Positions 8,995-18,698 of a DNA stretch of 64,000 bases are shown here, one piece after another. The DNA is from an uncultured Fibrobacterota bacterium (GTDB taxonomy: Bacteria > Fibrobacterota > Chitinivibrionia > Chitinivibrionales > FEN-1185), in NCBI GenBank assembly GCA_963753345.1, contig CAVWBU010000024.1, forward strand, positions 192,001-256,000, read 5' to 3'. Within the stretch, counting starts at the first letter, position 1. Every line of letters starts with the position of its first letter. Under the pieces are notes generated by a model. The model was not told the origin of the DNA. It saw nothing but the letters and a program-made list of their open reading frames with translations, and made no database searches. The position numbers and the translations under genes were made by a program.

Positions 8995-10560
8995 CTATGC
9001 CGAACGCCATGTGGAAATGAATTCCCTGATTTTATTTGCCAATTCATAAACTTCACCACGTTTGGCAGAGGTTTCTTTTTTTGCGAGAATACGCATTATT
9101 TGCGGAGGGGTCTTTGCTAATTCAGTGGCAAATGAAAAAAATCTGTTTTTAGCTATGGCTTGAGGCTTATCGGCAGCATTGGCGTATAATGCGGTCAGGC
9201 GGCCCAATTTTTCGAGAATTATTTCTCCGGTCATGTTGAAAAGCTCGGTATAGTCTTCGGGATGCTGGCTAATTGTCTTCCATGCCCATTCTTCCGGTAC
9301 GTCGTTACCAGGGAGAAAAACAATCTGAGCAATCTGGCCCATTTGGGTAGCTTTCGCTTCCAACTCCGGGCCGATTTCCCTTCCGTCACCGTCAAGTACA
9401 AAGACCATATCATTTAATTTACGAAATTTTCCCAACGTATCAAGATGATTGGAAAATTGGTCTTTTCCGGTATCCCTGCCTACGTCAATATCATTCTGTA
9501 GAAAATCGAGTTCGGGACCCAAATAATCAAGAATACCCCTGATAAAATTTTCCGACTCCTCATCTTCACAAAGGAAAGATAACGTGTTTTGTGATCGACC
9601 GTATAAGGCTTTCTGGATTAAATCGCGATATGCATCTCGTCGAACAACGTTCCTGTTTGACCGCTCCAGAAAAAGCCGCCCTTCGGGTGGCACGGTTTCA
9701 AGAATCGTCGGGCTATGGCTGGTTACCACGATCTGCAGCTTGTTCCGAAGAGCGAGACGTTGTAATTCCAGCATGAGCATTTGCTGTAAATAAGGATGAA
9801 GCCCGGTCTCTACTTCGTCGATCAGCACCAGGGCTTCTGACATTTTCGATACTGCCATAGAGAGTCTCAGGATCGAACGTTCTCCGGCAGACATGTTGAA
9901 TTCCGAATATGAGGGAATGGTTCCGTCGGATTCGGCGCTACGCTGGGCGAACAACAAGTCGCGAACGCCAGAAGAAATTTTATTCAGCGCGGTGTAACGA
10001 TACGGTAAAATGGCATGAGCGAAAGCTATATCCGAAGCGTCAATCACGATGGAGTCATATTGTTTATATGCCAATTGGAGGACACTCCTGACTTCAGAAG
10101 GATTACTTAAATTCGCCAGTGTGCGAAGGTATACTTGTCGTTCAGGTTGCATGGCCTTGGGACGTCCAAAAAAACTCTTGCTCCACTTTTCCTTATTGCG
10201 CTTCCAACGCATCTGCATCGTCGCGCCCAGGTGGATATAGGTAAAAGTCAATTCGGTTTCAAACCGCGTGTCACGAAGATGTTCCTCCCCGCTCGAAGGA
10301 GAAAAAGCCGGAAAAAGACGCGCCGGCGTTAAATCGTAGCGACCAACATTATAAGCGGTAGCCAAGGCAAACAAAACCGTCGACTTACCGCACCCGTTCG
10401 CGCCGGCCAGAACCGAAACAGGGTATGAAAGGGGTACATTCAACTCGGCAATGCCGCGCAGATTCCTGATTTCGATTTTGTCGAGATTTTCCGCGCGGTT
10501 CGGTTTCTGGCCGCGAAGCTGATCCCAGATTTGTTCAAGATTTTTTTTGATCGGATTCAT
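8995..10560 (-). CDS. ABC-type ATPase fused to a TOPRIM-like domain (OLD / fused-PARIS-like), probable defence protein
   Basis: Walker A GANGCGKS, signature MSAGE, Walker B/D-loop LIDEVETGLHP and H-switch TSHS. The C-terminal half has FLCEDEE and VLDGD (TOPRIM E and DxD). Confidence 0.85.
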   Translation of the reverse strand: MNPIKKNLEQIWDQLRGQKPNRAENLDKIEIRNLRGIAELNVPLSYPVSVLAGANGCGKSTVLFALATAYNVGRYDLTPARLFPAFSPSSGEEHLRDTRFETELTFTYIHLGATMQMRWKRNKEKWSKSFFGRPKAMQPERQVYLRTLANLSNPSEVRSVLQLAYKQYDSIVIDASDIAFAHAILPYRYTALNKISSGVRDLLFAQRSAESDGTIPSYSEFNMSAGERSILRLSMAVSKMSEALVLIDEVETGLHPYLQQMLMLELQRLALRNKLQIVVTSHSPTILETVPPEGRLFLERSNRNVVRRDAYRDLIQKALYGRSQNTLSFLCEDEESENFIRGILDYLGPELDFLQNDIDVGRDTGKDQFSNHLDTLGKFRKLNDMVFVLDGDGREIGPELEAKATQMGQIAQIVFLPGNDVPEEWAWKTISQHPEDYTELFNMTGEIILEKLGRLTALYANAADKPQAIAKNRFFSFATELAKTPPQIMRILAKKETSAKRGEVYELANKIREFISTWRSA

Positions 10561-10618
10561 TGAATATCCTCTATTCTTTGTTACAAACTAAAATAACTAT
10601 TCCACAATCGAAATGGCA

Positions 10619-11965
10619 CTATGTAGCACTATTAGGAACTTTCACTTCGTTGCGGACGTCGATTTTGCCGGTGACGGCGGAGGAGATGAGGGAGGTGCGA
10701 TATTTTTGAAGAAGCACAACGCTCTGCGCTACTTTGCCAAAAACCCGATCAACCGAATCAAGCGCCTTTTCAACGGCAGAAACGATTTGAGCCTGTTCGT
10801 CCGTTGGCGGAATCGCTAGAAAAAAATTGCCCAAGTCTTCCATGGACAAATTAGGCTGAGCAGATTGAACGGCGTCTATCCAAAGCCGTTTTTGCATGAA
10901 ATCCGATTGTAAGCAAAAATGCAAGAAAGAGGGATTAGCGCTTGGCTTGGGTCTTATAAAAGCAACGGCTTGATTTGTATTGGCGGGCAGAAACTTCTTT
11001 TCGAGAATAGCAGATTTCCCAATTGTGGCACCTGCTATAACAAAAAGAATATCGGATTCCCGGAGGCATGATCTGAATATGAGCTTATTTGTTTCATCAT
11101 CTATGAAGAATTGTGGATTGGGAGAGACCGTATTGTTTATTATGTTTTCAGCCTTAATAAACCGAACAGTCCCTTCAAGTTCAATTTCTTTGCCAATAGT
11201 AGAAGGAGTTGTACCCTTAGAAATACGATCAGTTTGGAATTTAAGTCGGGATATTTTCCAGTGCTCCGGCACCTTCCCCAACCATTCCACCCCCGAATCC
11301 TTCATCTTCACCTTCGGGTCAAGCCCTTGGGTCACCGCTTGACTTATGAGCGCCACACGTTTCTTCTGCAAGAGCTCGAGTTGTTTGCGCTTCTTTTCTA
11401 TGAGGGTATCTATCCGCTCGGTCTCGCGGTCGAGAAAGGCGGCGATGGCACGTTGTTCGGGGAGAGGGGGAACAGGTATTGGAATATCTCCAACGATATC
11501 TGTGTTAAGGTTAAGTTGGGTGCCAAATTTACCAAGACCGCCATATGGTTTACCACTTGAGAAGATGTAATATAGGAAGTCACGGTTTTGTGAGAGATAT
11601 GGGAAGTAAACAAAGCCGTCGTGAATACAGCACTTTATTTTGGTGATAATAGGCTTGCCTACTGAGCCTGCAATGCTCAAAAAAAGGTCGCCTGGTTGCA
11701 TAGGAACGCTGAGTGATTTGCCCAGAATGGAAAGTCGTTGGGTAGTGGACTTAAGGTAGCGATCACTGGCTGTAACATCTGCAATACGAACCCAAGAATA
11801 TTCACCATCAGCATCGAAATATTTGGGGTCATCTATTGGACGAGGGGACGCACCGCGTTTGACAAGTGATAGCCGTTTGGTTTTCATGACTTGCCAATGA
11901 GATGGAACACGGCCAATCCATTGACTACCCGACTCTTTGTATTGCAGGTGGAATTTGTATCTCAT
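10619..11965 (-). CDS. hsdS: Type I restriction-modification specificity subunit
   Basis: Duplicated conserved regions (YKESGSQWIG.VP.HW / MKDSGVEWLG.VPEHW; PPLPEQRAIA / PPTDEQAQIV) flank two target recognition domains. It ends SLISSAVTGKIDVR. Confidence 0.96.
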   Translation of the reverse strand: MRYKFHLQYKESGSQWIGRVPSHWQVMKTKRLSLVKRGASPRPIDDPKYFDADGEYSWVRIADVTASDRYLKSTTQRLSILGKSLSVPMQPGDLFLSIAGSVGKPIITKIKCCIHDGFVYFPYLSQNRDFLYYIFSSGKPYGGLGKFGTQLNLNTDIVGDIPIPVPPLPEQRAIAAFLDRETERIDTLIEKKRKQLELLQKKRVALISQAVTQGLDPKVKMKDSGVEWLGKVPEHWKISRLKFQTDRISKGTTPSTIGKEIELEGTVRFIKAENIINNTVSPNPQFFIDDETNKLIFRSCLRESDILFVIAGATIGKSAILEKKFLPANTNQAVAFIRPKPSANPSFLHFCLQSDFMQKRLWIDAVQSAQPNLSMEDLGNFFLAIPPTDEQAQIVSAVEKALDSVDRVFGKVAQSVVLLQKYRTSLISSAVTGKIDVRNEVKVPNSAT

Positions 11966-13977
11966 TCTCCCCCCGCCAGCATCTCCGCAATCTCCCTCTC
12001 AATCCCCTTCAACTCCGCCTCAATCTTCTCCAGCGGTTCCGGCGGCTCATACTTATAGAAATATCTATTGAAATTTATTTCATATCCTATCTTCGTCTTT
12101 TCCTCATCAATCCAGGCATCCGGCACATGCGGCAGCACTTCCCGCTTCATGTATTCGTCAACCTTTTCCTTGAGCGGCACGTTTTCGTAATCCCGTAGTT
12201 CTGAGTCGGGTTCCGGCTTTCCGTCGCTGTCCAGGCATATTTCCGCGGTTGGGTCGCGTTCCGAAAGTGCATCGAGGATTCCATTAAAAAGACCGGAAGA
12301 TACGGGCACATCAGCATCCTTGAGGGCACGCCGCAGAATTGAAATAAACTTCTCCCTGTTTTTGCAGAGTGGCTGCTTCTTTAACGGTTCCAAAACGGAA
12401 AGTACCTGTTTCTGCTGTTCGCGGCCTTCCTTTTCTTCCTGATCTTTGGCTTTTATGTCCTTTTTCTTTTTGCTCTCCGCAAGGCCAACAAATGATGACA
12501 AGACTTTTACCCGTTCAATTCTCTCATCCGAGACAATGAAATTGAGCTTGAGCGGCCTTTCAACGGTGATCCGCCTGTATCCGAAATCTTCATTGTCAAA
12601 TACTTTCACCTTCTCCCCGTCCTTGTAATCCCCATAGAGCCGAACTATTTCTTCAATGTGGGGCTGTGAAATTTCGTTGCGTTTGTTGCCCAGGCTCTTC
12701 CGCATCTTTTGGAAAGCTCCCGTGGCGTCGATCATCTGTATTTTTCCACGCCGCTGTCTGGCTTTGCGGTTGGTGACAATCCAAAGATACGTGCTGATGC
12801 CGGTATTGTAGAAAAGCTGGTCGGGCAAGGCGACAATGGCTTCCAGCCAGTCGTTTTCTATGATCCATTTCCTGATGTTACTCTCGCCGGAATCCGCGCT
12901 GCCGGTAAAAAGCGGCGAACCATTGAAAACAATGGCCAGTCGCGTTCCACCCTCGGCCATTGGTTTCATCTTGCTTATCATGTGCTGAAGGAAAAGAAAC
13001 GAACCATCGTTGATCCGCGGCAGGCCTGCGCCGAAGCGGCCGTCTGTGCCGCGTTCGTTGTATTCCTTGTCAATGAAATCTTTTTCCGGTTTCCATTCGA
13101 CGCCAAAGGGCGGATTTGCGAGCATGTAATCGTATTTCTTACCGGTAAAGTAATCCTCGGTGAAACTGTCCCCGAAACGGATATTCTCGATATTCTGTCC
13201 TTTTATCATCATGTCGGAGCCGCACACGGCAAAGGCTTGGTCGTTGTAGTCCTGTCCGAACACCTCCAGCGTCGCATCCGGATTGAGCTCACGAAGATAA
13301 TCTTCGGAAACCGACAGCATGCCGCCTGTGCCGCACGCAGGGTCAAAAAGCGTTCTTATTGTGCCGGGTTTCCGCAGCAGATCATCATCCGGATCGAAAA
13401 TCAGGTCTACCATGAGGCGGATAACTTCCCTCGGCGTGAAATGGTCTCCGGCCTCTTCGTTGGAGGCTTCGTTAAACCGCCTGATGAGTTCCTCGAATAT
13501 GTATCCCATTTCGATGTTGGAAACGACATCAGGGTGGAGGTCAATTTCACAGAATTTCGAAACGACCAGAAAGAGACGGTTGTGCTTGTCGAGGTTTGCA
13601 ATATGTTCTTCGAACTTGAAATGTTCGATTATTTCTCTCGCATGTGGGGAAAAATTCTTGATGTAGTGAGTAAGGTTTGCTGCAATATTTTCCGGGTCGC
13701 CTTTGAGTTTTTCGAACGTAAACCTGCTCGTGTTGTAAAATGACTGCCCGGAAGCCCGTAGTAGGATTCGTTCCTTGCCGATTTCGTTGAGCTTGCCGCC
13801 TTTCAGTTCCTTGGCCTTGGCAAGGACTTTGTCCTTGGTTGATTCCAGGACGCAATCCAGGCGCCGGAGCACCGTGAGCGGCAACATCACATCTTTATAT
13901 TGGTTGGGACGGTACGGGCCCCGGATCAGGTCGGCAACGCTCCAGATGAAACCCACTTTATCGCTGAAATTGGTCAT
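11962..13977 (-). CDS. hsdM: Type I restriction-modification methyltransferase subunit
   Basis: Motifs HFTPREVI, FDPACGTGG (SAM binding) and ANPPF (N6-adenine MTase motif IV). ATG at 13977 follows GAGGA, and the gene overlaps hsdS by 4 bp. Confidence 0.97.
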   Translation of the reverse strand: MTNFSDKVGFIWSVADLIRGPYRPNQYKDVMLPLTVLRRLDCVLESTKDKVLAKAKELKGGKLNEIGKERILLRASGQSFYNTSRFTFEKLKGDPENIAANLTHYIKNFSPHAREIIEHFKFEEHIANLDKHNRLFLVVSKFCEIDLHPDVVSNIEMGYIFEELIRRFNEASNEEAGDHFTPREVIRLMVDLIFDPDDDLLRKPGTIRTLFDPACGTGGMLSVSEDYLRELNPDATLEVFGQDYNDQAFAVCGSDMMIKGQNIENIRFGDSFTEDYFTGKKYDYMLANPPFGVEWKPEKDFIDKEYNERGTDGRFGAGLPRINDGSFLFLQHMISKMKPMAEGGTRLAIVFNGSPLFTGSADSGESNIRKWIIENDWLEAIVALPDQLFYNTGISTYLWIVTNRKARQRRGKIQMIDATGAFQKMRKSLGNKRNEISQPHIEEIVRLYGDYKDGEKVKVFDNEDFGYRRITVERPLKLNFIVSDERIERVKVLSSFVGLAESKKKKDIKAKDQEEKEGREQQKQVLSVLEPLKKQPLCKNREKFISILRRALKDADVPVSSGLFNGILDALSERDPTAEICLDSDGKPEPDSELRDYENVPLKEKVDEYMKREVLPHVPDAWIDEEKTKIGYEINFNRYFYKYEPPEPLEKIEAELKGIEREIAEMLAGGE

Positions 13978-14120
13978 GGGTAACAGTCCTCTTATGCAAA
14001 GAGTCAATCGCGGTATCAACAGGCAGTGAGGTAATATAATGCCGAAAGAAGTTTACAATCCAGCAATTTCTTAGTTTCAAAGCAATCGTTACCTCTGCGC
14101 GATTTCCTTTCCAACATGGC

Positions 14121-15111
14121 TCAACCGCATCGCCCCATAACCGCCATGCACGCATCAAACACCTGCGAAACCGGAATTGCACTCATGCACGCCTTTCCGC
14201 ACTCGCCGAGAGGAATGGAGGTTGACGGATGGCAATGGAAGCACGCTTCCTGCGGTGCGGAAACAACGGTGACGTTGTCGCCCCCGGGCCGCCACACGGC
14301 CGGATCGGACGGCCCAAACAGCACGACGCTGGGCGCGCCCGCGGCCGCGGCACAGATGGGAAATTCCGGAGTCGTTGCCCACGTAGAAAACGCAGCGGGA
14401 AAAAATATGAACAAGCGCCGGCAGTGAAGCTTCCCGCACAACCCTGTCCTGGGCGCGGGCTGCAACCTTCCGTTCCGCTGGCCCCATGATCCACACGATG
14501 CGGACTTTTCTTTCGGCCAATTGTTCCGCTAAATCAAGATAGCGCTCCAAGGGCCAGTTCTTCCTCGCGCTGCCACTGCCGGGATGCAGTGCGACAAAGG
14601 TTCCGATTCCGTCAAGCAGCCGGTCCGATTCGCTTTTGAATTCTGGATGAGGGGCCAAAGCCGGGAGGTCGCGCGCGGCCCCGGTTCCCATGCCGAAAAG
14701 CGACAAATGGTAATCGCTGACATGAATGCACTGACGCGGAAACGGGTCCTGAAACAGGAGGCGGTGCATTCCGAATTGCCTGAACCGCGCGAGCACCGGG
14801 GAGTCGGGCGCGGTAAAAAGCAGGGCAGACCGGACAGCGGACAATTTGGCCTTTATTGACAAAGGAATTGCCGTCTCGCGTGCGTAAAGCCACGAAAACG
14901 CCGCGCTTTCGACATCCAAGACCTCGTCAAAAAGGCCGCAATGAACGCCCAGGATGCCGTAGGATGGTTTCCCGAGCAGAACTCTTCTGCTTTGAGTGTC
15001 TTGCCTGTTCCATTCCCCCAGCGCAGGAAAGGTGGTGATAAAATCTCCCAGGCCGCCGGTGTGGTAGACAAGAGAGATAGTAGATGATTTTGGTTTGTTG
15101 ATTTGAGGCAT
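14121..15111 (-). CDS. Glycosyltransferase family 9 (heptosyltransferase-like), frameshifted as sequenced near 14352
   Basis: GGLGDF, LHPGSG...KNWP and GNDSGISHL are in one frame, and AAAAGAPSVVLFGPSDP.VWRP is in the next. Removing one base at about 14352 joins them. Confidence 0.85.
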
Positions 15112-15151
15112 TGGGTGGAGAGTAAAATAAATTTGAAAAAGAAAAAGAGTT

Positions 15152-15317
15152 GCGCGTTCCCCTGCCTTCGGCAGGGTCGGTCCACCCCTTCGGGTGCTTC
15201 GAGGCGTCGTCCCTGTCGGGCTCGGCCTTCGTCCTCGTTGCCGCCCGTCCCTACCGCCTTCGGCGAGGGATCAGGCGGCAATTCGCTTTAGCTCACCCTC
15301 CGGTCCACCTAACGCGC
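15152..15317. repeat. Highly structured GC-rich intergenic element (MITE/REP-like or ncRNA)
   Basis: Terminal GCGCGTT/AACGCGC, three internal hairpins with TTC-containing loops, and a direct repeat CGGTCCACC at 15178 and 15301, all in AT-rich flanks. Confidence 0.55.
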
Positions 15318-15563
15318 GGCAGAGGAATTCTTATAAGTCAAAATAATTTTCCTACGCCAATCAGCGTCAGCTGGAAAGCAATTAATGCTTTTTTGAACTT
15401 CTCAACTCTCAACTTTTCAACTTTCTTTCGTGGGTGCCGCCACAACAATGCATGGTCTTGCGACTGCTTTATCAAGGCGGCCACCCAGGAGGGGGTAGCG
15501 GAGGACCGAAGGGCCGAAGCGAGGGGGATACTTCCCCCTATAAAAACTTCTTTTCTTATGCTA

Positions 15564-16556
15564 TCAAAAACACAACTTCGTAAAATATTCCTTCTCTTTG
15601 TCCAACGACACGTCAGGATATTTCCTCTCCAACTCCTGAACTCGTTTCAATTGCTCATTTCCAAACTTTTTTGCCGCCGCCCCGCCTTTCATCACCTCAT
15701 GGCACATTGCGTTTCGTATCGGCTCATAGTCTTTGATAAACTTCTTTGATTCTTCATCCACGCACGCCTCAACGAATTTTTCCCACAAGTAATCGATTGC
15801 AATTTCATTCGGGTGCGCCATATCGCGTTCATAAAATCGGTAGTCGCGCAGCTCGTCCATCATTATTTCGTAGGCGGGAAAATAGTACAGCCGGGGAAAC
15901 ATCTTTTCCAGCTCGTGCACCGCGCACGCGAGGATCGATTTGCTCACCAGATTTTCATGCGGATTGTCGCGAAGGTGGCGCACCGGGCTCACGGTGAGGA
16001 TGCAGTGGGCATCGGGGCGCAATGTGTAAACGCGATTGAACATACGGGCGTATTCGTCAACAATATCCTTTACAGACAATAGCTCCCTCGCAAACAGGCC
16101 CGGGGGCTGTTTGTGGCAGTTTGCAACGATGTTGCCGGTTATTGCATGCCGGTAGACAAACGCAGTGCCGAAGGTGAGCATGAGAACGTCGAGATTCTTG
16201 AATGCCGCGGCCCCGTCGGTGAGTGCCGCATTAATCGCCGCGAGGCATTCCCCGGGTGTGGCCGCCGAGAACGTCCCGTGATGGTCCCAACTGTGCCACA
16301 GTCCGCCGCTTTCAAACAGGTCCGCCTCGGCGTATGGTTCCTGCAAGTCAAGTCTTCGAAGAAGAGCGGCGATGGATGCGGGATTGAACAGCGAACCCGA
16401 GGGATTGACGCAGGCATCGAAGCGGAAGTCCCGGAGCCGCTGCCCCACGGTCTCGGCAAAGCACGACCCCGCGCAGAGAATGGCATGACGGCGCCCTATT
16501 GAGAATTGACTTCCGGGAACATCAACGACAGTCCTGAATCTGTCCGCCGTGCTCAT
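15564..16556 (-). CDS. GSCFA domain-containing protein
   Basis: Motifs GSCFAE, FNP.SI, TFGTA, ANCHK, TVSPVRH and YFPAYEIMMDELRDYRFY..DM.HP. Confidence 0.93.
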   Translation of the reverse strand: MSTADRFRTVVDVPGSQFSIGRRHAILCAGSCFAETVGQRLRDFRFDACVNPSGSLFNPASIAALLRRLDLQEPYAEADLFESGGLWHSWDHHGTFSAATPGECLAAINAALTDGAAAFKNLDVLMLTFGTAFVYRHAITGNIVANCHKQPPGLFARELLSVKDIVDEYARMFNRVYTLRPDAHCILTVSPVRHLRDNPHENLVSKSILACAVHELEKMFPRLYYFPAYEIMMDELRDYRFYERDMAHPNEIAIDYLWEKFVEACVDEESKKFIKDYEPIRNAMCHEVMKGGAAAKKFGNEQLKRVQELERKYPDVSLDKEKEYFTKLCF

Positions 16557-17035
16557 GGCGCCCCTTGCGCGGCCGCTCCCTGCACGGCGGAAAGCCGGGC
16601 GGCCACCGTCTCGTTCACCAGCTTGCCATCGGCCCTGCCCTTCACCTGCGGCATCACGATCTTCATCACCTTTCCCACGTCCTGTTTTCCCTGCGCGCCC
16701 GATTCGGTGATGGCCGCCGTCACGATCGTCTCGATTTCCACCTTGGAAAGCTGAGGGGGAAGGTACTTTGTAAAGAGACCGATTTGGAACCGCTCGCGGT
16801 CGGCGAGGTCGGCACGGCCCGCGGCCCTGAACTGCTCCTCGGATTCGGTGCGCTGCTTGATGGCCTTGGCAACAACGCCTGCAACATTTCCGTCGGAAAG
16901 TTCCTTGCGCTCCATGAGTTCGAGGTTCTTGATCTCCGAGTGCAGCGTGCGCAGCGCCAGAAGTTTTTCCTTTTCCTGCGCCTTCATCGCGGCTTTGATG
17001 TCGGCAAGCAGCGTTTCGAGAATGGTTAATGCCAT
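16553..17035 (-). CDS. GatB/YqeY domain-containing protein
   Basis: Motifs DIKAAMKA, KQRTES.EQF..AGR.DL, YLPPQLS and GKVMK.VMP.VKGRADGK.V. Confidence 0.93.
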   Translation of the reverse strand: MALTILETLLADIKAAMKAQEKEKLLALRTLHSEIKNLELMERKELSDGNVAGVVAKAIKQRTESEEQFRAAGRADLADRERFQIGLFTKYLPPQLSKVEIETIVTAAITESGAQGKQDVGKVMKIVMPQVKGRADGKLVNETVAARLSAVQGAAAQGAP

Positions 17036-17073
17036 GGCGTCTCCTTTTGCGGGTTTGTCGTTACGGTGGAGCC

Positions 17074-17188
17074 CCGCCGACAGGAGTCGGCGGCACCAAA
17101 AATTTCCTTCGGCTCCGGGAGCCGAAGGCTACTTGTGCGACGCTTCGGCGTCCCCGAAGGGGGGCGACATCCCGAAGCAGAAGGCGCA
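17074..17188. repeat. Cluster of three GC-rich hairpins (REP-like)
   Basis: CCGCCGAC/GTCGGCGG, CCTTCGGCTC/GAGCCGAAGG, and GCTTCGG/CCGAAGC enclosing CCCC-GAA-GGGG. Confidence 0.5.
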
Positions 17189-17189
17189 T

Positions 17190-17771
17190 TCATCCCCCGA
17201 CAAAATCGAGGGCCCGCTTTGCGTGCGTAGTGGGTAAAATACGTTCGGGAAGGGCGCCGCTATGGACCTGCTCCATGGTGAACCGTTTGGAGGCGAGCCG
17301 CGCGTCGCCCGCGGTTACGCAGAAGGCCATGTTGAGCCTCATGAGATTGCCGGTGACCGCTGCGGTGTCGAATACGTGGCCGGCCGGCAGCGATGCCGGC
17401 GCAACGTTCGTGAAATTGCGGCCGCAGCTCAAGTACGCGGTCGCCCCCCTGTCTGCGCGAAGCGCAGCGCCGTGCGTGCGGCAGATCACCGGCCTCGCCG
17501 GATAGGCCAGGCATTCCCCTTTGAAAAGCAACGCACAGCGGTCACCGGTTCTGCGCAAGGTGCGAATCTTTGTCCTTCGGCGGCGTACGGCAAGGAAGGC
17601 CGAAAGCGCATGCGCCTCGATCGCGCACACGCTGTGCAGCTCGCAGCATGCACTGCAGCCTTTTGTGCACCGGATCTCATTCCTATACAAACCGGAAACC
17701 GATTCGAAGAACGAGTCGCAGTACCGGCAGAGGGCGGCGTAATTGTCAAGAACTGCATGCATGCCGTTCAT
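17190..17771 (-). CDS. YkgJ family cysteine-cluster (Zn/Fe-chelating) protein
   Basis: Motifs C.KGCSACC, CALL...CLAY.ARP.ICRTHG and C..NF. Confidence 0.88.
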   Translation of the reverse strand: MNGMHAVLDNYAALCRYCDSFFESVSGLYRNEIRCTKGCSACCELHSVCAIEAHALSAFLAVRRRRTKIRTLRRTGDRCALLFKGECLAYPARPVICRTHGAALRADRGATAYLSCGRNFTNVAPASLPAGHVFDTAAVTGNLMRLNMAFCVTAGDARLASKRFTMEQVHSGALPERILPTTHAKRALDFVGG

Positions 17772-17777
17772 ACCGTT

Positions 17778-18570
17778 TCAGCGGGGCGCGCAGACGGCCG
17801 GCGCGGAAAGCAGGCTGTCGAGAAAGTCAACGGACTTGAAGCCGGAGGCCGTCTGGAAATGATACTGGCAGAACCGCGCAAACAGCCCGAGTATCCTGCC
17901 GCGCCTCGACCGCGGAAATGCGGCGCGGTTCCGGCACGCATTCGCCGTCCAGCGGTTCGGACAACGTCGAAAGGACCGCGGCGGGAATGAACGCAGTGCC
18001 GCCCCGCGGCAGGCGCGCACACGCGTCGCACGCAAGAATGCCGCTTTCCAGAAGCAGGTGCGCGCCTGCCATTCCCGCAAGGGTTCTTCCGCACGTTCCG
18101 CAGGCGTCCACGTTGAGTCCGAAGCCCATAAGCCACGAGAAGTCGTGGAAGAACCGCCATGCCATGGCGGGAAAACACCGGCGGGGCGGCCTGCTTTCCA
18201 GACGCGAAAGAAAATCCGACAGATACGAAAAGACATCCGGATGAGGAGCGTCGGTCGACATGGTCTTGATGATCACCTCGAACGCCATGTCGCGCACCGC
18301 GTTCTTGTGCAGGTCGGTGCGGATGCCGGGAAAGAAATCGAGCACCGAGATGCCCGAGAGCGTGTGCAGGTCCCGGTGCGGTCTTGAATACAGCAGAAGC
18401 TCCACGAGGAACCCCCGCTCCAGGCATGGAAGTCCGGTCTTTTTCCTGCGCACGCCTTTTGCAATGCCGTGAACCAGGCCGTGCCGTTCCGAGTACAGGT
18501 ACAGGAGGCTGCTCGACTCGCGGTACGGGTTTGCCTTGAGGACAAAGGCCTTTGTCTTTTCGGCGGCCAT
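17778..18570 (-). CDS. recO: DNA repair protein RecO, frameshifted as sequenced near 17900
   Basis: N-terminal OB fold (VL...PYRESS...LYS..HG.V.GIAKGVR) and Zn motifs C..CG and C..C. The typical tail (YHF....FKSVDFL) lies in the adjacent frame, with one extra base at about 17899. Confidence 0.88.
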
Positions 18571-18698
18571 GGTTGCACTGCGCCCGGCGCGCCGGGCGTT
18601 CGTTTACAAACAGTTTTGGGTCGCGCGCGTCGTTGGCCGGCAGCCCGCCCGGCCAAGGAGCGCGCGGGTGCGGATAACGCCCCGCGCCTTGCGCACGG

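Noticed and set aside
10613-10819. 68-aa plus-strand ORF (DVDFAGDGGGDEGG)
   Set aside because: Antisense translation of the conserved hsdS C-terminus.
5631-14120. R-M locus as an integrative element
   Set aside because: No integrase, tRNA target or flanking direct repeats were found. Only the GC shift supports horizontal origin.
14340-14360. Programmed frameshift or phase variation in the GT9 gene
   Set aside because: No homopolymer or slippery heptamer at the site, and similar isolated indels occur elsewhere, including recO.
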